Of a DNA stretch of 64,000 nt, positions 10,261 through 19,676 are shown in pieces (position 1 is the first letter of the stretch; every line of letters starts with the position of its first letter). The stretch is from assembly GCA_965208905.1 (NCBI GenBank), contig OZ242365.1, forward strand, positions 512,001 through 576,000, read 5' to 3'. Origin of the DNA: Nitrosopumilaceae archaeon. GTDB lineage: Archaea > Thermoproteota > Nitrososphaeria > Nitrososphaerales > Nitrosopumilaceae. The position numbers and the translations under genes are program-made. The notes under the pieces were generated by a model. It made no database searches. It was given only the letters and a program-made list of their open reading frames with translations, and was not told where the DNA came from.

Positions 10261-11745
10261 TTATTTTTCGGAATTTTTTTTTATTTGCTCTATTATATCG
10301 TCTATTTTATTCCAGATTTTATATAATGCATCAGCGGGGTGGTCTTTATCCAACTTCACCTGTAAAAACGCAGACTCCAGCTCTTTACGCCTATCTTGAA
10401 TCATACGGCTCTGCTCTTTTGTGGATGTACTTCCCATGGAGCGGCGCTTGTACGCCGACTCTCGTGTGGTACACTGATTAAATATATTAAGTATTATTTT
10501 TGCATCCAAGGTCGTAGTACTCGCTATCTCCTCATGGGTAAGATCAATCAACTCTTTGTCCTGTGAACGTGCCACAGACACCAGCGCACCCACCTCCATA
10601 TGCGCCTGACGAAAAGGTATATTTTTTTCTACTAATTTTTCTGCAACGTCTAATGCCAATAGGTGGCCGGTCTTGGCGGATTTAAACATGCGATGTTTGT
10701 CTATATTCAGATTAATCAGTATTAGAAACATTGCTTGTAGTGCCCCCTGTGCACTACTTGATGCACTCCATACAGCCTCCTTTGTCTCTTGCAAGTCTCG
10801 ACCATATCCGGTTGCCAGTCCCTTCTGTATGGTTAGAACAGATGTCAAATATCCAATCGTACTGGCAGCCTTTCCCCGTATCAACTCTAACACATCAGGG
10901 TTTTTCTTCTGAGGCATTATACTGGATGGTGATGTTAATGCATCCTTTATTGTAATAAAAGAGAATTCACTACTAGACCATATTACAAAGTCTTCGGCCA
11001 TTCTGCTGAGGTTGACCATCATTATGGCCACACATGATGCAAACTCAGACATGTAGTCACGTGAACTAGTTGCATCTAGAGAGTTCTCCTGTATATCAGA
11101 GAATTCCAGTATGTTGGTTGTCACATCCCTGTCTATGGGAATATTGGTTCCTCCTACCGGCCCCGAACCCAATGGATTTGTATCTAAACGTTTGTACAAG
11201 CTCGAGAATCTTTCATAGTCTCTAAACAGCACATCTACATACGCCATAAAGTAATGTGATAGTACTCCCACCTGTGCATGTTGTAGGTGTGTATATAATG
11301 GAACGATGGTCTCTTTGTTGTCTGTGGCAAGCTCCAAAAGGACCTCTATTAGTTGTAGCGTAAACGTCTGTATTATGGTGGTGTCATGGCGCAGTTTCAT
11401 CTTTATAGCAGTCACCACCTGATCATTTCGTGAGCGCCCGGTCTGTATCTTTCCTCCGGTATCATCGCCCACCGTATCTGTGATGTACCCCTCCAGCACT
11501 TCATGCCAGTCTTCGGCTTTTTTACTGATGATACTGGCGTCAATTCCTTCCTGTTTCAGCTCTTTGAGGGTTGTCAGTATCTTGATGGTGTCGGACTTTG
11601 ATATTATTTTGGACTTGTATAGCATTATTGTGTGAGCTGCAGTTCCTGCAATATCAAAGGCGGCTATCTTTATGTCTGAACGTACTGAACTTACAAACTC
11701 CCGGGCTACATTATCTAAATCATCATCAAGGCTGCTTCTATACAT
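10261..11745 (-). CDS. argH: Argininosuccinate lyase
   Basis: TGRSRNDQ, YTHLQHAQ, SSIMPQKKNPD; start placed at MYRS. Confidence 0.95.
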   Translation of the reverse strand: MYRSSLDDDLDNVAREFVSSVRSDIKIAAFDIAGTAAHTIMLYKSKIISKSDTIKILTTLKELKQEGIDASIISKKAEDWHEVLEGYITDTVGDDTGGKIQTGRSRNDQVVTAIKMKLRHDTTIIQTFTLQLIEVLLELATDNKETIVPLYTHLQHAQVGVLSHYFMAYVDVLFRDYERFSSLYKRLDTNPLGSGPVGGTNIPIDRDVTTNILEFSDIQENSLDATSSRDYMSEFASCVAIMMVNLSRMAEDFVIWSSSEFSFITIKDALTSPSSIMPQKKNPDVLELIRGKAASTIGYLTSVLTIQKGLATGYGRDLQETKEAVWSASSSAQGALQAMFLILINLNIDKHRMFKSAKTGHLLALDVAEKLVEKNIPFRQAHMEVGALVSVARSQDKELIDLTHEEIASTTTLDAKIILNIFNQCTTRESAYKRRSMGSTSTKEQSRMIQDRRKELESAFLQVKLDKDHPADALYKIWNKIDDIIEQIKKNSEK

Positions 11746-11846
11746 GCCATCTATAATTAATTGCCCAATATAGGCATTTGATTTTATTTTGGTATGGCAA
11801 CTTTTGTTTTTTGTATTAAATTTAGTTCGTTTATTGTACAGAAATA

Positions 11847-13169
11847 TCACAGATACTCTGATAGATGCACATTCTCAATGTTGGGTATACGGGCAACCTC
11901 AAAACCTTCGGGTCGACGGTCCAGTGGTATTGTGGCATCTATGCCCATCTTGGCTGTCTTGAGATTTTTTTGATCACTAGACGGATCCAGACTCGAGCCC
12001 CGCACATTCTGTTTTATTATTATGTCCTTGTCTGCCTGAAATCTGGTGGCCAGAGCGTACTCGACAGCTTCGGCATCATCGACATCTATATCATCATCCA
12101 CCACTGTTACGCACTTTAAGGACCTGTGCGCATCAAATGTCTTCTCTATTATCTCTCTTGCATCAGACTCGCTCCTCTTCTTTATACTTACTACTGCATG
12201 TAACCAGTTACAACCACCATTACTCAGGGATGCGGATGTGGCTATCGTACCGTCTAATGCACCATTTATCTTTGACTCCACAGGCATGCCCATCAACAAT
12301 CGGTGTTCTGCGTATCCGGATAGTACATCATGATATATTGGATCATCCTTTGTATGTACAGACTCGACCTCAAAGACAGGCTGCTGACGTTTGTAGTCGT
12401 ATGTCTGTAGCATCTCCACCATCCACTCTTCGTGTGTTACATCCTGCAGTATGCGCCCTTGTATGACTATCTCGGTCTTCTCGGGTACGTGCAGGCCTGA
12501 CCATTCCAATGGAGACATCTTTAGTGTGCCGCCGGTTATGGCATTGGCTATGCCCATCTCATCGCAGCCCCACTGGGCCTGATAGGCTCCAGCAATCAGT
12601 ATGGATGGATGCACCCCCACTGCTATGGCCACCCTCAAATCCTCGCCGTGCTCTTTGGCATATACATAACATCGGTGTAGATGCCGCCCATCCACCATTC
12701 GTATGGAAAAGTGCTTATCATCTATGGGCATCATTCTATGAACCGAAGAGTTTTGCTGGTGGGTGTCAGGGTTTGGTGCAAAGACCAACGAGGATGTTAT
12801 GAATGGTCCGGGCTCTTTCTCAAAGTGCGTTACTATGGGTAATACATCTGTGGTCTTGTATGTATTCTTCATAAAGTGGCCATGTCCTGTAACATCAGGT
12901 GGTGTTGCGCCACGGATGGCCATCATAATACGCTGGTGTATCTGAGTATCAGCAACACCGAGTGCTGCGGCAAACATCTGACGATTACCCACAATGTTGG
13001 TTACCAATCTACAGTCATCATATCCATCAATACTCTCAAAGAGTAGTGCTTTTTTGGTCTGGGCTGTCAATGCAGCAATCTCATACTTTACAGAGACATT
13101 ACGCTTTATTCGATGTAGTAGTCCTTTATCTTCTATATCACAGATGTGTCTTCGTATATCATCACTCAT
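11847..13169 (-). CDS. UbiD-family prFMN decarboxylase (possibly anhydromevalonate phosphate decarboxylase)
   Basis: GPFITS, VHR, VVDDDIDV, ATRFQ, SSLDPS, KMGIDAT. Confidence 0.88.
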   Translation of the reverse strand: MSDDIRRHICDIEDKGLLHRIKRNVSVKYEIAALTAQTKKALLFESIDGYDDCRLVTNIVGNRQMFAAALGVADTQIHQRIMMAIRGATPPDVTGHGHFMKNTYKTTDVLPIVTHFEKEPGPFITSSLVFAPNPDTHQQNSSVHRMMPIDDKHFSIRMVDGRHLHRCYVYAKEHGEDLRVAIAVGVHPSILIAGAYQAQWGCDEMGIANAITGGTLKMSPLEWSGLHVPEKTEIVIQGRILQDVTHEEWMVEMLQTYDYKRQQPVFEVESVHTKDDPIYHDVLSGYAEHRLLMGMPVESKINGALDGTIATSASLSNGGCNWLHAVVSIKKRSESDAREIIEKTFDAHRSLKCVTVVDDDIDVDDAEAVEYALATRFQADKDIIIKQNVRGSSLDPSSDQKNLKTAKMGIDATIPLDRRPEGFEVARIPNIENVHLSEYL

Positions 13170-13498
13170 AATGCCATCATATCGAGCTCACTCATAATAC
13201 CTTTTGCCATCTCTGCAGATATATTCTGTATGTTAGCCGACAATAACACGATACCGTTTAGTCGTGTAGCCAGTCGCTCTGCTGCCAGCCTCATAAATAA
13301 TGATTCGGACTTTGAGGGTATCACCTGAGTGGTGGTGGGTACAGACTTGTTATACAATGATGCCACAACCGCTCCTAACCGCTCCTCGCCTTCGGATATG
13401 GAGACGAAGCAACCGTTCTGAAACTGTAGTATTCGTAAAGAAAAAGTACGTCCCTCCACACAGACGGACTTTTCTCCAAGTCCGTGTGGAGGGTTCAA
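13166..13498 (-). CDS. Proteasome assembly chaperone 4-like protein
   Basis: F.NGCFVSISE..RLG pattern; operonic position. Confidence 0.55.
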   Translation of the reverse strand: MNPPHGLGEKSVCVEGRTFSLRILQFQNGCFVSISEGEERLGAVVASLYNKSVPTTTQVIPSKSESLFMRLAAERLATRLNGIVLLSANIQNISAEMAKGIMSELDMMAL

Positions 13499-13503
13499 TA
13501 CCC

Positions 13504-13749
13504 TTAAACCTGCGCAGCTAGAGACTCCACCTTTGAATCGGCTTCTGCCTCTACTCTGGCACGTAACTTAGCCTTGTACTTGAGGTTTCTAGGCTTTGTT
13601 CGTAGTCTGTAACCGCAACATGGACACCAGAGACCTTCCCATTTGATAAAGATCTCACATATCTGGCAACGACGTTGTCCTGATGCATATCTTCCGGTTC
13701 CAACCGGCTTTTGGGCTTTATGTCTTACGCATATTCCTTTGCATGTCAT
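13504..13749 (-). CDS. Conserved thaumarchaeal Zn-finger protein
   Basis: MTCKGIC...RY..G..RCQIC...CPCCGYRLRTKPR. Confidence 0.85.
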   Translation of the reverse strand: MTCKGICVRHKAQKPVGTGRYASGQRRCQICEIFIKWEGLWCPCCGYRLRTKPRNLKYKAKLRARVEAEADSKVESLAAQV

Positions 13750-13932
13750 CTTTGTACTTATATTAGAATTACATGGTATTTAAAATTGAATTAGAAATTT
13801 TCACTGAATATGACAATATTTTTTACATATATTGGAAGTTATAAATTCACAAAAAAAAATAGTGCATGTAAAACCATCAAATTCTACATTTTTAACATCT
13901 TCCGTGGAGGCAAACAATTTGGTTATATAAAT

Positions 13933-14976
13933 CTACCTCTGATATAGTGTCTTTTCGATATTCAAGTTCAAAACAATCTCTGCTATGTCTACAGAGTACT
14001 CTGCTATACGTCGAATATTAGCTGCTATCTCGCGGGTCCGGAATACTATCTCACTATCCCATATGCCATCTGTTATCTTGTGCAGTTTTTTATCAAACTC
14101 GGATATCTGCGCAGCTTTGATGATGGTTGCCTCGGCCTGGTGGTAGTCGTCCTTGAAGAGTGCAAGACACGCATCATCTAGTACGGAGAGCGCAAATGTA
14201 TTCATATCTTGTAGTATGGCTATGGCTTCAGGATCTATCTTTTTATCGAATTCCAGGACATCTCTAGCTATCAATACGGCGTGGTCACCCATTCGTTCGA
14301 TACATTTTACTAGTATTCTGTATCCAAGGCAGCTTCGAGCGTTCTTGAATCCTATCTCCTTTAGTATATGATCGTTTTGTATAGCTATCTTTAGTTGTCG
14401 TATTATGTAAAAGCCGAATCGGTCTATCTCATCATCCATGTTGGTGACTTCGGTTGCTAGCTCCTTGTTGTTCTCCTGTACTGCTGATAGTGCATCCCGG
14501 GAGACAGACTTTGCCAAATGCACCATCCTCTTGAATGCGCCCTCAACTGTCAGCTCCAACAGGTTGATGAGTACCTGTATTGTAATTATTGTGGAAGAGT
14601 CAGATATTATCTCAGAGCCCATCAGAATTCTTCTTACTGACTCTTTGATGTGCAGACGCTGGTTTGGCCGCAGCCTATTGGTCTTTGGTTTGACATGTAT
14701 GGTTTTGAATCCCATAAAGTATAGTGATATGAGTTTGCGGGTTATGGATGGGGGCTTTTCGTTGGGATCAATCTCTATTGTGGCTGCCTCTGCGTGTGCG
14801 GTCTTTGGCTGGACGCTGGGCGGATATAGTATGAGGTTGGTCGAGCCACTCTTGGATATGCGAATTTGATCTCCCTGCTTTAGACCCAGCTCCAAAATCC
14901 AATGCTTTGGGAGTGATATTATATATGAGGATCTGCCGGTGTACTGTATCTTTCTAGTTTCGTACTTCTCCGTCAT
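13933..14976 (-). CDS. phoU: Phosphate uptake regulator (AbrB + PhoU domains)
   Basis: RKIQYTGRSSYIISLPK.W AbrB N-terminus; DDEIDR and ERMGDHA PhoU repeats. Confidence 0.9.
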   Translation of the reverse strand: MTEKYETRKIQYTGRSSYIISLPKHWILELGLKQGDQIRISKSGSTNLILYPPSVQPKTAHAEAATIEIDPNEKPPSITRKLISLYFMGFKTIHVKPKTNRLRPNQRLHIKESVRRILMGSEIISDSSTIITIQVLINLLELTVEGAFKRMVHLAKSVSRDALSAVQENNKELATEVTNMDDEIDRFGFYIIRQLKIAIQNDHILKEIGFKNARSCLGYRILVKCIERMGDHAVLIARDVLEFDKKIDPEAIAILQDMNTFALSVLDDACLALFKDDYHQAEATIIKAAQISEFDKKLHKITDGIWDSEIVFRTREIAANIRRIAEYSVDIAEIVLNLNIEKTLYQR

Positions 14977-15028
14977 TATACATGAATGTATATTGGTCTA
15001 TATAGAATAATCGGGTCTCCCACAAGTT

Positions 15029-16337
15029 TTGGTGATGTGTGGAAAGTTTGAATCTTTGATCTTTTATCACAATAGACATCACTACATTAGGAGGGTCATG
15101 TATAGGAGTGACCAACATTATCCTCTAAGGATATTGGACGCAAAAAAACTGACCATTAAAGATCACCATCCCCCTACACTAAAACCCGTATGCCAAAATC
15201 AGATTCCTGCTACATTACATCACTATTCTAACCCCTCAAAACCTACGTGCCGTAAAATGATTCCCTGCGGTTCTCTGTACTGTAAGGCTTGCCGTCATGT
15301 CTGGTGTGCCCAAAAACGTGGCATTATATCCTATGGTGCTAATATACTGCAAGACTCTCAAGGATACTTTGTTACATTGACCATACAAGGCTCTAAAAAT
15401 ATGCTGAATCGTCTCATGGATGCCTACAGACAGTTCCGCAAAAACGTCCTGAATCGTTACTATAAAGGCTCATACTATGTTACCATGCTTGAATTCGGTA
15501 CAAAATCTACAAAACGTCCTCATCTACATTTATTGATATATCCGCTTAGTGACCTTCCCACCTGCGGTAAACGTTCTCTGTATTACAGAGTCTACATGGC
15601 AAAAAACCCTCTATCCGGATGCTTTACTGATGCAAAAACGAATAACTGGTTCTGGTCTTGGACGTGTCTTTCATATACAAAAACCCCGTCATGGCTCCGC
15701 TGGTGCTGTCTCCTATGTTGGTAAATACCTCTCAAAAGTCCCTCGTAAAACTGCTAAAATCAACCGTGCTAATACTCGAATGTTCAACTGCTCTAGGAAT
15801 TGGCCTCGCCTAAGACCGTTACCCATATTCTTCTACTCTAACTTAAAATTCGATAAGGGTCATGAGTATGATCATCTTCCCAGTACGCCTCCTCTACCTA
15901 ACTCTCCTCAAGAATTACTCTACATGCGTAAAAAATCCCTCAAAGTATGGACAAAACCCCTCTTTGATAAAATACCTCCTGAAAAACTCTTCTTGATGCT
16001 AAAACACTTCAAGTACTCTTACCAAAAATACTATTACGAAAAGCATAAAATTGAAAAATATGTCTATAAACAGGAAAAATTATACGATGCTCAACTTAAC
16101 GAGTGGCTCTCTGTGTTTAATATGTCTGGTTTGCTGTCTGCCTCTGTTATTGACTTGCCTAAGATTCCGTCTTCTATTGATGTTCTTCTTGCACTAACGC
16201 CTTTCTTGGATGAAAAAGATACTGCTCTTGATAACTTCCGTGAGTGTGGCTATTATGGTTCTGTTACTCTATTGCACTGGCTCTCAAAACGTGAGAACTT
16301 TGACTATGTACATAAACTCGTTTGTACTTCCTTATGA
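15029..16337 (+). pseudogene. Rolling-circle HUH replication initiator (Rep), split by a +1 frameshift
   Basis: ORF 15029-15724 has PCGSLYCKAC, motif I FVTLT and motif II EFG...RPHLHLL; ORF 15549-16337 has motif III YVGKYLSK; removing one A from the A6 run at 15601-15606 fuses them. Confidence 0.8.
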
Positions 16338-16487
16338 TATACCGTGCTGAATGTTACGTTGCTTGGTCTGGCGTGTTCGCCTCTGTATGATATTAGTACA
16401 TGTGATACAACATTGTGTGTTACTCTCGATATACATCTTACATCGTTCACATCTCATTACACTATATGACGTTATACACTTGGTCAT
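16332..16487 (-). CDS. Small Cys-rich Zn-finger protein, similar to 13504-13749
   Basis: RCERCKMYI-x6-CITC...RRTR has the same Cys spacing as RCQICEIFI-x6-CPCC...TKPR. Confidence 0.6.
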   Translation of the reverse strand: MTKCITSYSVMRCERCKMYIESNTQCCITCTNIIQRRTRQTKQRNIQHGIS

Positions 16488-16528
16488 ACATCTATGGATA
16501 AAAATAATAAAAATTTTTATCAAATTAG

Positions 16529-17755
16529 TTATTTCCAGTATTCGCTTCTTACTATATGTGTTAGAATAGCAGATCTTATTTCAACAAGAATATCTTGTCT
16601 GTCGTCTTCTGGTGTGTTTGTCAGTATTGTTTGTAGTAATTCTAGGTACTCTGTGACTGTGGGATGTTTCATGAATTGATCTATGTCTATTGTTGTCGTT
16701 GTCGTGTTTGTTGTCAGAATAAGGTTTGTGTTGACTTGCTCTTTTGTATCAATATCTTTTGCAGAAGCACCGCCATAAACAATAGTATTATCAAACTTGT
16801 TTGTGTTATTTGTATCAATATCTTTTGTGTGGTCTATGTAGTCATTGTCCTTGCCTAATATTTTCTGCTCGTTTATTGGCTCTGTCATACGTGGCACATT
16901 GATGTTACGTGCCTCCCAATAATCTCTAACATCATTAGCGTGTACTGTGTTCATTATGTGGTCTGGGTCTATATGGTGTGGTAATCCTATAAGATGCCCA
17001 AATTCGTGGGCTATTGTGTATTCTATCGCTGGCGCGCTTAGTAGTGTCTGTTGCTTACCTACATTTACATCTGTAAATAGTTGAATTGTACATTGTTCCT
17101 CATCAAATAGGCATCCTGGAATAGCGTTCCCCATTTGTCTACCGTCTCCTATGTGTTGTTGGATTACTATGTCCGCCTGTAATCTACTGTCTGTATAACT
17201 GAATGTTATATTGTTGATGTCTGCCCATTTGTCAAAACCTGCCTCTACGCCTGTTGTTACTATATTTTTGTAATTTGGTGGTAATTCTCTGTCTCGTGGT
17301 AAGTCTATTATCGTATATTTGTACTCGTCTTGTACTGTATTTACGTACCAATATCCGCATAGGCATTCGTGATGGGCTTGATATTCTTCTTCTGTTTTAT
17401 TTATACTACTCTTTACATTGTTAAGATATCTTTCCTCAGTCTCTTTATTCCCACATTCATCTCTTCGTTGATTAAGGGCGTTTATTTCATTTATTTTTTC
17501 TACTGATGGTGCAGTCCAACCATGAGAAATCCTAAATAGTGTATTTATATCACATGTTAGCCAGTGGCTCTCTACAAAACCATCATACCTATAATGTGCT
17601 TCTATGTGGTCTTTTGCCTTTTGTGTTTCCATTACAAAATTTCCTTCTGCAGTCTCTATCCATATGTGATTGTCTATATGGTCAGCATAGGCTGTCATGA
17701 CTGTTGTTAGTGCTATTGTTGTTACCATTGCTATTGTTATTATTGTATTGTTCAT
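16529..17755 (-). CDS. Secreted matrixin/M10-like zinc metalloprotease
   Basis: Signal peptide; HEFGHLIGLPH (HExxHxxGxxH) followed by Met-turn HIM; GFDKW...ITFS...ADIVI. Confidence 0.85.
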   Translation of the reverse strand: MNNTIITIAMVTTIALTTVMTAYADHIDNHIWIETAEGNFVMETQKAKDHIEAHYRYDGFVESHWLTCDINTLFRISHGWTAPSVEKINEINALNQRRDECGNKETEERYLNNVKSSINKTEEEYQAHHECLCGYWYVNTVQDEYKYTIIDLPRDRELPPNYKNIVTTGVEAGFDKWADINNITFSYTDSRLQADIVIQQHIGDGRQMGNAIPGCLFDEEQCTIQLFTDVNVGKQQTLLSAPAIEYTIAHEFGHLIGLPHHIDPDHIMNTVHANDVRDYWEARNINVPRMTEPINEQKILGKDNDYIDHTKDIDTNNTNKFDNTIVYGGASAKDIDTKEQVNTNLILTTNTTTTTIDIDQFMKHPTVTEYLELLQTILTNTPEDDRQDILVEIRSAILTHIVRSEYWK

Positions 17756-18075
17756 TGTGGTCTCTCCTGTCCTTTTCCTTCTTTCATGTTTTTTTCTATA
17801 ATAAGTGCTCCCTTCATTAATCCAATTTCATGACTGTTGTCTATTGCTTCTTGGACTATACGTTCTGGGCTTATTCCTTTGTGCTTTCCTATCGCCTCTA
17901 CTTGTTTGTATAATTCGTTACTAATTTCTATAGGTTTGTATGTGCCGTATTCCGCTTTTATTCCTTCTCTGACTATGTCGTCTGTTTTTTTGTTGCCTTG
18001 TGCTTTGTATTCTTCTAGTGCTTTGTGTGTGTCTTCTGTTATCATTATCTCTCTTGTTGCTTTCTCTTTTGTCAT
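17752..18075 (-). CDS. Small putative DNA-binding protein (two ribbon-helix-helix-like repeats)
   Basis: EIMITEDTHKALEEYK...DDIVREGI and PIEISNELYKQVE...ERIVQEAI. Confidence 0.55.
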   Translation of the reverse strand: MTKEKATREIMITEDTHKALEEYKAQGNKKTDDIVREGIKAEYGTYKPIEISNELYKQVEAIGKHKGISPERIVQEAIDNSHEIGLMKGALIIEKNMKEGKGQERPQ

Positions 18076-18182
18076 TGTTGTTGCTTGTGCTTTGTGTGTA
18101 TTATGTTATTTGTCCTTCAAACTAATACCCACAGTCTCTAAATTCCTGTGCTTGTGGGGAGGGACCAGCAATCGTAAATATT

Positions 18183-19647
18183 GGGAATTATATACAAAAG
18201 TACACAACCCCAATTCTGAGAGTTAATGCCTGAACCACGGATCGCGTCCATACAACTCCCCTTAAATACTAGCATACCGTATTATATATCATGATACGGG
18301 TAGTTAAGGTACCGCTACGGAGGGATGTGTTGTTTGCAGAGTGGGCGCACCGCACGAATCATGCGTCAAGATATGTGTACAACCGCGCCGTATCAGAGTA
18401 TTTGTTTGGTGGCGAATATAGGAGAGGGTGGTAGTGGACATCCTGCAGCCCTTCAAACTGCCGGGCAAGCTGGATTTTACATCAGGTATGCTGGACGATG
18501 ACTACCATACATATGATTTTGGGCCATCAAAGAATGTATTAAAGTACGGCATGTTCAAGCAGCTTACGGAGTGGCGCGCTGAACATGCATGGGTATCTGA
18601 CTTGCCTATGGTGTTTGGCAGGGGCGCCATACAAGATGCCTCTATCGCATGTAGAAGAGTTGTAGATGACAACTCCGGCCATGCGCCATACCGCCGCAAA
18701 GACGGCCGCATCATACTATACAGTGTAAATCCGCCTGTACGAAAAGGTGAGCACACCATACATATCCCCGGATATGGTATTGTAGAGACCGCCAAGCCCA
18801 TCGATGTATCGTGGGACATGCGGTCATTCAAGATAGTTGATGTCACCAAACGGGTGGACAAGCATACAAAGCCGTCAGACCACATGTTTGAGCTGCATAT
18901 TGCCGTGCGTGTACCGGTCGAGCCACACCATAATACAGGTGTAATGCGTGGCGTCGATGTGGGCGGCAAGCACCTGGCAGTTACTGTCGACACAAATGGC
19001 AATGTTACAATACACAACACCCGCCATAGAGCAATCCTGCGGGAGATTGACGCGCTAAAGAGTTTGCGCGACCGCAAGACACGGCATGGCCGGAAGTGGC
19101 ATATATTGAATGACCAAATAAAGCGGCTATACAGGAAGGCCAACAACATAGCCGCGAACACGATAAATCAGACGATTGCGCAGATAACTAGTGGTGTGGA
19201 CGCAGTCGTGGTCGAGTCGCTCTCCGTAAAGGACATGACCACACATGGTGGGAATTACAAACGCGCTATGAACCGTTCAATGCGGGAGAACCATGTTGGG
19301 GAGTTCCTGCGCAAGCTTGCGCAGTGGTGTGAGATACACAACATACCGCTGTTGGGGGCATCTGCCAAATACACGAGCCAGACGTGCCATGTGTGTGGTC
19401 ACGTAGACTCAGAGTCGCGTATATCACGCGACAAATTCATTTGCACAAATTGTACCAGGGTATTCCACGCGGATGTCAATGCCGCCTGGAATATTCTGTA
19501 TAGGGCGGCGGGGAACGTCGTCCTAAGACGGCCGGGGCACAAGGAGGGCTACAAGCCAACACCTTCTATGCTCCACTCCATACAACGAAGTCGTCAGAAA
19601 AGGCATGAGTGTACAGCCGAGGCTGTGTACTTTTGTATATAATTCCC
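18183..19647 (+). mobile_element. Non-autonomous TIR element encoding TnpB (element A)
   Basis: Perfect 24-bp TIR GGGAATTATATACAAAAGTACACA (18183-18206 / 19624-19647); perfect 8-bp TSD TAAATATT (18175-82, 19648-55). Confidence 0.93.
18291..19642 (+). CDS. tnpB: RNA-guided nuclease TnpB, with a frameshift near 18420
   Basis: N-terminus MIRVVKVPL...ASRYVYNRAV from 18291 in another frame; RuvC GVDVG / VVVESL / HADVNAA; Zn finger TSQTCHVC...CTNC; TATA-like CTTAAATA at 18262. Confidence 0.9.
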
Positions 19648-19676
19648 TAAATATTTGGGTGTATTACATATGAGTT

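Larger units (their letters stand above)
15014..18166. mobile_element. Element with imperfect TIRs carrying HUH Rep, Zn-finger, M10 protease and DNA-binding genes
   Basis: Left end GGTCTCCCACAAG (15014-15026); right end CTTGTGGGGAGGGACC (18151-18166); flanks AATAATCG (15006-13) / AGCAATCG (18167-74), 6/8 match; distinct strand-skewed composition. Confidence 0.65.

Noticed and set aside
15600-15607. A-AAA-AAC as a programmed -1 frameshift in Rep
   Set aside because: The downstream ORF is in the +1 frame, so a -1 slip would not join them
18428-19642. Cas12f/type V CRISPR effector
   Set aside because: No array or cas1/cas2 nearby; TIR/TSD context indicates transposon-borne TnpB
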